Shown: in pieces, positions 35,146 to 41,438 of the stretch
Position numbering within the stretch: the stretch's first letter is position 1
How the letters are laid out: each line of letters opens with the position of its first letter
NCBI GenBank assembly: GCA_035275665.1
Contig: DATEMI010000230.1
Location: 1-41,438, forward strand
Direction: 5' to 3'
DNA from: Terriglobales bacterium
GTDB lineage: Bacteria > Acidobacteriota > Terriglobia > Terriglobales > Acidobacteriaceae
DNA length: 41,438 nt
The notes under the pieces: model-generated
Database searches by the model: none
Seen by the model: only the letters and a program-made list of their open reading frames with translations
What the model was told of the DNA's origin: nothing
Program-made: the position numbers and the translations under genes

Positions 35146-35454
35146 TCAATCCTCCGTCACATGGGAAATAACCCCATTAAAAAACGCGTCAAGTGCTCTC
35201 AGCAACACGCGCTTTCTGTCAGGAATGCTAACACCAACAACGCTCCCTTTGTGGAGGACAGCGCCGTAGTTAAATCTGCAAGAGACAGTCGGTGCGCAGG
35301 GTCTCGGGCCGGTTTGAATCTTGTAGCCGCGCGGAGCGAGCTTGCCGCCATGCGCGATAAGGATGGTCAGAGTGTGCTCATCTCCGGAGGGCAGGTTTCT
35401 CCTCCGGGAGCGGAAAAGGTGACCCCGTTGCCGGTGCTCGATGAAATCAAGCCA
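35146..35454 (-). pseudogene. 102-codon stop-free frame without a start codon, stop-start coupled to the ABM-like gene
   Basis: ...LPSGDEHTLTILIAHGGKLAPRGYKIQTGPRPCAPTVSCRFNYGAVLHKGSVVGVSIPDRKRVLLRALDAFFNGVISHVTED-stop. Coding-like sequence upstream (FFSNPAVAAIHHTNIYRSGQRDGLISSSTGNGVTFSAPGG) lies in another frame. Confidence 0.3.
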
Positions 35455-35604
35455 TCACGTTGACCGGACCGATAAATGTTTGTGTGATGTATCGCCGCCA
35501 CCGCTGGGTTGGAGAAGAAATGTGCCCTGCCCCGCGCACATCTTTCTGCTGGCCCGCGAGAGTAGATCGGTTCGGATGGAGCGGGGCCCAGCTTGTTCGG
35601 TTTG

Positions 35605-36081
35605 CTACTGCTTGTCGTAGACCAATGTGATGGTCATCGGCTTTCCGTCCGCATCCGTACCCTTCGCTCTCATGGTCATCGTTTTGCCGTCGGGCGAAAT
35701 GACGATACGGCCATGCGAATGATATTTTCCGTCGCTCTTTTTCGCATCCCAGATGAAGGTATTATCGTCCACCTGCTTGAGGGATACGGTGTCGTAGGGC
35801 GCTCCCTCGCCTGAAACGGAAACCGGAGTGCCATCGTACTTCGCCGTATAGCTGGCATTGATTGCACTGCCATCGCTGCGCTCGCCGGTATTGGACACCT
35901 TTACCCCGCCGGGAGCCGCTTCGCGGACCGAAGTGAGACTCTTCACCGGGAATGGTGCCGGCGTGTACTTGGTTTTTTCAAGGTTCACCTTCCAGGTGCC
36001 AAGGGAGTTGTCTGCGGCGAAAGCGCCTGTCCCTGTCGCCATGGCCAAAAGGATCAGAATCGAGCCAAGAATTTTTCGCAT
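35605..36081 (-). CDS. exported hypothetical protein
   Basis: Signal peptide MRKILGSILILLAMATGTGAFA, then a beta-rich 135 aa. Confidence 0.65.
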   Translation of the reverse strand: MRKILGSILILLAMATGTGAFAADNSLGTWKVNLEKTKYTPAPFPVKSLTSVREAAPGGVKVSNTGERSDGSAINASYTAKYDGTPVSVSGEGAPYDTVSLKQVDDNTFIWDAKKSDGKYHSHGRIVISPDGKTMTMRAKGTDADGKPMTITLVYDKQ

Positions 36082-36411
36082 ATGGAACCCTCCTTGCGTG
36101 GATGGATTGCATGAACGTTCTGCTGCGCCCGCGAGAGGGGCGTGAAATCAGAGGTGACGAACAGCGCGATGCGCTCCGGAGGGGAGGGGAACTTTTCGAG
36201 ACGGGCAAAATCTAGTGCAATCCCTTGAGCAATGTCAAGCACGGGGATTTCTGCGAAGTACACGCGCGCGAGGCGCACCAGGCCACGGCGGAAAGCCTAC
36301 GAAACCTGAATCTTGCGGAAGCTTCTGGAGCGGCTTCGATCAACCCTAAGCGAGATGGCGGTAGAACGGATTCAAATGTCCGGGTTGCCGACAATACACC
36401 CCAAAGTTCTG

Positions 36412-37432
36412 CTAATCCTGAGCCGACACCACCCAAGCCATGCCATCAACGCCTTTTGTGAGGCGAATAGGCTCTTCCAATTTCCAGTCCTTCAAATCCA
36501 GGATTTGTATGGTGCCGCCCTGGGGACAGCTCAGATAGGCGTACGCTCCATCTGAGGACAGTGCGAACTCTCCTGGAGTGGGCAGGACAGGCACATCGGG
36601 GGTGTCGAAAGTTTTAGTAACTTTGCCGCTCGCTGCGTCGATCACAAATAGCTTCCCTGTTTCGGAGTTGGCCAAGCAGCCATCGGCCGTCCAGGGTCAT
36701 TGCCGAAGAAAACGCGATCCTCGGAAGGGGAATGGATCGCACTACCGCGTTTTTTGCCGTATCAATGACCACGATACGGGGCCTTTGCTGGTCCTGCGTG
36801 AAAACAAACTTTCCATCAGGCGAGATCGAAATCCGCTGCACCATCGTGGAGATCGGAATGGTAGCGAGCAAAGATCGCGTCGGCAGATCGAGAACGCTCA
36901 CGCTCCCTGCATCGTTGTTTGCGGTATAGATCCTCTTGCCGTCGGGGGAGATCACAAACATGTGCGTGTGGCTGGCCCCGGTCGGAATCTGGCCGACCAC
37001 AGCGCGGGTTCCCGGGTCGACAACATAGATGGCGTTGGCCAGTTCAGCGGAAACGTACAGCAATCCGTCAGGACCAAAATGGGCGCAGTGAGGCCGAACC
37101 TCCTTACCCAGATCGATAACCGAAACGGTCGTACCCCTGCGCAGGTCCACGACATGAATCGTGCTTCCGTTCGAGCCTGGCATCCCTACCCACGTGTTTC
37201 CGTAGATCGGAGCATACCCAAATCGACCGTCTGGGGAGACAGCAACTTCGTGTGCGTTGATATCAACTCCGACCCTGGCTTCAACCTGTTTTGAGACAGG
37301 GTTCACAAGCAGGACCGTGTGCTCCATCTGGTTAGCAATGAGCAGAAGATTGTCCCGGTGCGGATCACCTGATGCGGTACACGGAAGCAAAAGACTCGCA
37401 AGGATGCAAATGCCCAGGCAGCAGTGCTTCAT
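36412..37432 (-). pseudogene. YncE/YVTN-type beta-propeller protein with one frameshift
   Basis: From ATG 37432: signal peptide MKHCCLGICILASLLLPCTASG, then repeated ...SPDG(R/K)..Y..N....V.V.D... blades. The frame breaks at about 36665 (..TLDGRWLL | ANSETGKLFVIDAASGKV..). Deleting one nt restores a single ORF. Confidence 0.7.
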
Positions 37433-37567
37433 AATCGCCCCCTTTCCAACCTGGCTGGGCCACGAAGTATAGCACCGGGAATTGAAATGGGCGAATAACC
37501 GGCAACTCGTCCATCTGCGACTGACCGGGCAGGGGATGTCCAAGCATTCTTTCGTGGTTGATGCTTG

Positions 37568-38155
37568 CTAGCGGATCACGTATCTCGCTTTGGCTACGCG
37601 GCTTGGAGAATAGATCGGTGATCGTGCAATGGCGCGCAGCTTTGTGCTTGAGGTCACCAGGACCGGTCCGGTGTAGGGTGTTGAGGCGGTGGTTGGCTCT
37701 GAGCCATCGAGCGTGTAGAAGATCTCCGCCTTCGGAGTGGCGGGATCGCTTATGGTGACGCGCACTGGGCCGGAGAAAGTGCCTGGCCGTGGGCTGAAGC
37801 TAGGCTTGTCGGCCCGGCCATAGCCGTTACTTGGCGGACTTGCGGCCGCCCTATTCATGGCAGCTCGCTGAGCCGCCTGGATGGCCTGTTCGTTTTCTTG
37901 TTGTAGCGTCGCCTGCTGGCTTGCGTCCTGCATGGCCTGCGCGAACTGCCGGTTTGCCGCCTGCATGTCCTGCACGGCCTGCTGGTTTGCCTCTTGTGCG
38001 GCCTGAGCAGCGGCCTGTTGACCCGGATTAGACTGCGCGGATACCACTGGGAGGATCAACAGGAAGGCAAGGACGACGGAAAATGTGGTGATGGTTCGAC
38101 GGATTTCCGTCTCGCAGATGTGGAGCATAGATGTGCCTCCTTGCCTCTCACTCAC
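37568..38155 (-). CDS. exported protein with Q/A-rich region and chitobiase/hexosaminidase-C-like (Fn3-like) C-terminal domain
   Basis: FSPRPGTFSGPVRVTISDPATPKAEIFYTLDGSEPTTASTPYTGPVLVTSSTKLRAIA fits the CHB_HEX_C-type module. Confidence 0.65.
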   Translation of the reverse strand: MSERQGGTSMLHICETEIRRTITTFSVVLAFLLILPVVSAQSNPGQQAAAQAAQEANQQAVQDMQAANRQFAQAMQDASQQATLQQENEQAIQAAQRAAMNRAAASPPSNGYGRADKPSFSPRPGTFSGPVRVTISDPATPKAEIFYTLDGSEPTTASTPYTGPVLVTSSTKLRAIARSPIYSPSRVAKARYVIR

Positions 38156-38422
38156 TTAGACGAAGCAGCACCTTGCAGGGACCCTCCCGTCATTCTACGA
38201 CGTCCTTCCGAGCGAGTCGGGCTGGGCACGGGTCGGACAGGGGCCTTATGTCCGGTGGCCGACCGTTCGCCAATTAAAAGGACGGGCATCCTTCTCGCGT
38301 CAGCGACGCGAAGTGTCGTTAAGGCCGAGAACGATCGGGTTGCCGCGTTGCGAGTAGGTCCCGCTTCTCGCCGGGGGAATCGGCCGCACTCAGTCCGTGA
38401 GAACACCATCTAGAATTGACCT

Positions 38423-39493
38423 GTGATCCGCCCGCGCACTGCGTTCCTCGTGCTCGTCCCTTTGGTTGCGCTGGGGCTCGTCTGGCTCGCATGGCGGCGT
38501 CACGCCAGCAACATTGCTCCCTCACTGAGCGATGCCGCTTCATCTCCAACAGCGTCATCCAGCGGTGCACTGTCTCCCGCTGCCGAGGCTCTCGCACCCA
38601 CAAACATCTACGCGCACAATCTCCTCTTGCGCAAAGGCCCCCAATTTCGTATCTACATCCGTTGGCTCAGCGGCCAGATGGTGCGCACAAGACCCAGCAT
38701 CGTTCCCTCCTTCGACAATCCCGATTCTTTCGTCCTGGCTGTTCGCAAAGGCGTCATACACGTCAATCTCGGCGACATAGGCAACGTCCTCAATACCACC
38801 ACCTTCCCTTTCAAGAACGTTATCGTCCGGGGCCAGGGCAACCAGATCAAGCTCACGGGCACGGTCCACAAGTTCCTTGTTTCTCTGCCGGTCGAATTGC
38901 TCAGCACGGTCTCGGCCACTGCAGATGGACGCATCCATCTTCACGTCGACAGGATCAACGTACTGAAGATTCCTCTCAAAGGGCTGCTCGGAGGCCTGCA
39001 TGTGGAGATCGACGACATCGCGGGCAAGTCCGCCATGCCCGGGGTGGAGGTGTCCGGCAACGATCTCTTCCTAAACACCACACAGATCCTCCCACCACCC
39101 CACATCCGCGGCCTGCTTACGGGCGTGACCGTAGCTGCCCCGGACCTCGTCCTGGTCTACGGCAACGCCAATAGCGATGAAGCACAGCTTGCTCGATGGC
39201 ACAACTTCCTTCGCTTCGAAGGAGGCACACTCGATTTCGGCAAGCTCAGCATGCACCCTGTCGATCTCACCCTGATCGACGCTTCGAACGATCCCTGGTT
39301 TGACCTTGACCTGGTCAACTATCAGGCTCAACTGGTCAACGGATATAGCCGAATGACTCCGCAGCAGGGACTGGAGATCTTTATGCCGGATCTCGATGAC
39401 CTAAGCGCAAAGAAGCGGGGCCAGAAGAGCGTCACGATGGAGTGGCTCCAGAACCGCTCCAAAGGCCTCCCTGCTGACGTTCCATCGAAGTAA
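38423..39493 (+). CDS. membrane-anchored hypothetical protein (LmeA/DUF2993-like, tentative)
   Basis: N-terminal TM segment (AFLVLVPLVALGLVWLAW), then a 320-aa beta-rich ectodomain. Confidence 0.65.
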   Translation: MIRPRTAFLVLVPLVALGLVWLAWRRHASNIAPSLSDAASSPTASSSGALSPAAEALAPTNIYAHNLLLRKGPQFRIYIRWLSGQMVRTRPSIVPSFDNPDSFVLAVRKGVIHVNLGDIGNVLNTTTFPFKNVIVRGQGNQIKLTGTVHKFLVSLPVELLSTVSATADGRIHLHVDRINVLKIPLKGLLGGLHVEIDDIAGKSAMPGVEVSGNDLFLNTTQILPPPHIRGLLTGVTVAAPDLVLVYGNANSDEAQLARWHNFLRFEGGTLDFGKLSMHPVDLTLIDASNDPWFDLDLVNYQAQLVNGYSRMTPQQGLEIFMPDLDDLSAKKRGQKSVTMEWLQNRSKGLPADVPSK

Positions 39494-40169
39494 GGACTAG
39501 TCGCGGCGCCAGCGAGGTGGAACTTCAAGAAGGACTAGGAATTCTGCCTACCATGAGCCTACAGATCGCAAGATCAGCCAGAAGATTCAGATGCTCGAAG
39601 TCATGAGGCAAGCCCTGAGTATGCTGACGGGAACCTGTCCCGGTCCGGTTGCGACCTGCTCGCTTTGATGAAACCCAGATGGGTGATTTCCGGCAGGCAG
39701 TTTTGCTTATCTGGATCCTGACATGCACCACTACGCTATGGCGAGCGGTTGTGCAAGTCCACGGAATGTCTCGTCTGCAGTTCAATTACATCAATCCTGA
39801 CGACGACCCAAGCCGCAAGAAGTAGTTGCGGGCGCTACCGCGTTCATAGAGGACGCGCGGATGGAAAGGGGGACTTCTGCAGGCGGTCAGTGTTGGAGCG
39901 GGGCAGTGTAGCAGCAGGATTGTGGCAACCGCGGAGGGCGATTGCCACATGTTGTTTACGTGTTCACGGGGAAGTAGCGACTCGGAATCGCTGATGGGCA
40001 GTCCTCCTGAAAGGATTCTCTTGGGCAAGTGACCGGCATCCATGTAAATCATTGTCAGTCCGCAAAGCTTTGCGCGAGAAGCTCAAGCTCGGAAAGCGTG
40101 TCCACCGCCGTTTCGCTTCTGCTGCTGCGTTGTCTCGATATTCGCTTAATGACGCTGATGATCCGGTAA

Positions 40170-40343
40170 AAGAGCTGCAGAGCGGTGCGCTGGCGGTTCG
40201 CCGGACACACGTGGCGGCAGATCGCGAACGAGGTTGGCGCAGACCATATAACGTTATGGCGGCAGACGAAGAGAGAAATTCTTGGACTCCTGGAGCTCAG
40301 GTCTGATACCCATGATCCGGACGAAAGAGGGGAGAAAAATTAG
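40170..40343 (+). pseudogene. sigma-70 region-4-like HTH fragment (remnant of an ECF-type sigma factor)
   Basis: Stop-to-stop frame: KSCRAVRWRFAGHTWRQIANEVGADHITLWRQTKREILGLLELR. No ATG, and no clean region-2 ORF in the 800 nt upstream. Overlaps the anti-sigma start by 32 nt. Confidence 0.35.
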
Positions 40344-41043
40344 AGAACACACCAATCCCGAGCAATGGTTTGTCGAGCAGTTGCGCAGCTATACGCAACG
40401 GCAGCCACGCGGCCCAAGGACTGACGATTGTCCCGACGACGCATTCCTGCGCGCCTACGCAGCCAGACCGGGCTCGTTCTCCCTCTCCGATCCCCGCCTG
40501 CAGCACGTGACGTCCTGTGATCACTGCCTTCCCGCGTTGCTCGATTTCCGCTCGATAGCTGCCAGTCGCCGTCCTGTGGCGGCGCGTGCCGCCATCGCCG
40601 TCCTGTGCGCGGCGTGCCTCATTGTCGGCTTTCTCATTGCCAAATACTGGACCCGCCAAAATTCCATCGCCTCAAATCCGGCTTTCGGCCAGCGGGCATC
40701 CGCCGCTGTCGATCGGACGCTCGATCTCACCAATTATGCAACCCTGCGCGGAGCCGAAGAGCAACCCCCCAAACCGCCGCTCAACCTTCCTGCGGCTTTA
40801 TTGCACGTCAATCTGATCCTTCCGCGTTTCAGCGAAGCCGGACCCTACACCATCATCGTCGTAGCCGGTCGCGAAGGCACGAACCGCATCGCCTATGCTA
40901 CAGGCAACGCCAGCATTGTCGGCAATCAAACGAAGCTGACCGTGACGCTCGATCTGCGCCGCGCCCGGCCGGGAAGCTATGTCCTCCTCACCGAACTTAG
41001 CGGACAGGAGGACTGGTACTCCTACCCGCTCAGGATTCAGTGA
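40312..41043 (+). CDS. zf-HC2-type membrane anti-sigma factor-like protein
   Basis: HVTSCDHC fits H-x3-C-x2-C. One TM segment (AAIAVLCAACLIVGFLIAKYW), then a C-terminal domain of about 125 aa. Confidence 0.6.
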   Translation: MIRTKEGRKIREHTNPEQWFVEQLRSYTQRQPRGPRTDDCPDDAFLRAYAARPGSFSLSDPRLQHVTSCDHCLPALLDFRSIAASRRPVAARAAIAVLCAACLIVGFLIAKYWTRQNSIASNPAFGQRASAAVDRTLDLTNYATLRGAEEQPPKPPLNLPAALLHVNLILPRFSEAGPYTIIVVAGREGTNRIAYATGNASIVGNQTKLTVTLDLRRARPGSYVLLTELSGQEDWYSYPLRIQ

Positions 41044-41165
41044 TCGGAGCAACGCGGGTGCACCAGTGCGTCTCAACGGCTGAGGAGCGTAGTTGTAGCA
41101 CTCTGGTGCAGCGCCTTGATCTGTCCCACCCAGTCGACCACGCGAAGTGAACGTTGCACTCCGGA

Positions 41166-41438
41166 TCAGAATCTTAGCGTGGCAGAGAGTTGAAGGGAAC
41201 GGCCTCCACCAGAGCCGGTTACATGGCCGTAGTTGTTACTGGTCAGGTCCGTGCTCGGGTTGTCGAAGGTCGGATGATTAAAAGCGTTGAACGCATCCAC
41301 CCGAAACTTCAAACTGGTCTGTTCGTGAATGGGAAAGCTGCGCGCGAACATACCATCAAACGTGACCGATCCCGGGCCGCTCCAGGCGTATCGCGCTACG
41401 TTTCCCAGAACAGGACCAGTGGGCGTCACGAATGCCGA
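41166..41438 (-). CDS. TonB-dependent receptor-type outer-membrane protein, C-terminal end (partial, runs off the window)
   Basis: ...SLKFRVDAFNAFNHPTFDNPSTDLTSNNYGHVTGSGGGRSLQLSATLRF-stop has the terminal aromatic residue and the NxxNH motif typical of the last barrel strands. Confidence 0.7.
   Translation of the reverse strand, partial: SAFVTPTGPVLGNVARYAWSGPGSVTFDGMFARSFPIHEQTSLKFRVDAFNAFNHPTFDNPSTDLTSNNYGHVTGSGGGRSLQLSATLRF

Noticed and set aside
37830-38040. Repetitive gcctg/ctgc-rich DNA as a tandem repeat or satellite.
   Set aside because: It is the reverse strand of an in-frame Q/A-rich low-complexity segment (QQAAAQAAQEANQQAVQDMQAANRQFAQAMQDASQQ) of the 37568-38155 protein, and it has no fixed period.

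Overview
41.4-kb chromosomal window, probably from a soil Acidobacteriota-type genome. This taxonomic guess is inferred from gene content only: a CadC-like wHTH-TPR regulator, many exported hypothetical proteins, DUF2141/DUF3617/DUF1579-like proteins and the C-terminus of a TonB-dependent receptor. All calls come from reading motifs in the supplied translations and the DNA; no searches were run.

Layout:
- 1-5.2 kb: signalling genes. These are a REC-PAS-histidine kinase, an orphan zf-HC2/RskA anti-sigma factor and a pseudo-receiver.
- 5.2-9.3 kb: ORF-poor, decayed stretch.
- 9.4-16.9 kb: small regulator-led units (TetR + beta-lactamase-family hydrolase; PadR divergent from a 3-gene exported/membrane operon; MerR/TipAS; ArsR).
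- 17.4-33.6 kb: a 16.1-kb segment bracketed by two direct 45-nt copies of the 3' half of tRNA-Asp(GUC), with IS and integrase debris at both ends. It carries a 10-gene co-directional cluster of mostly exported hydrolases flanked by paralogous polytopic membrane proteins. It also carries a CadC-like membrane regulator next to a pyruvoyl (PSD-family) decarboxylase-like protein, an integrase pseudogene and TolB-like propeller genes.
- 33.6-41.4 kb: more recombinase/IS fragments, small exported proteins, a frameshifted YncE-like propeller, and a sigma remnant with an anti-sigma gene.

No CRISPR array, rRNA, intact tRNA, recognisable defence system or toxin system was found.

Most notable observations:
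- the tRNA-Asp scar pair, suggesting tandem degenerate islands;
- the exported amidohydrolase/creatininase cluster;
- the regulator-decarboxylase pair;
- a twice-occurring 60-nt hairpin element that cannot be coding;
- an unusually high density of nonsense, frameshifted and truncated genes.

Some frameshifts are single-nt indels and could be assembly errors.
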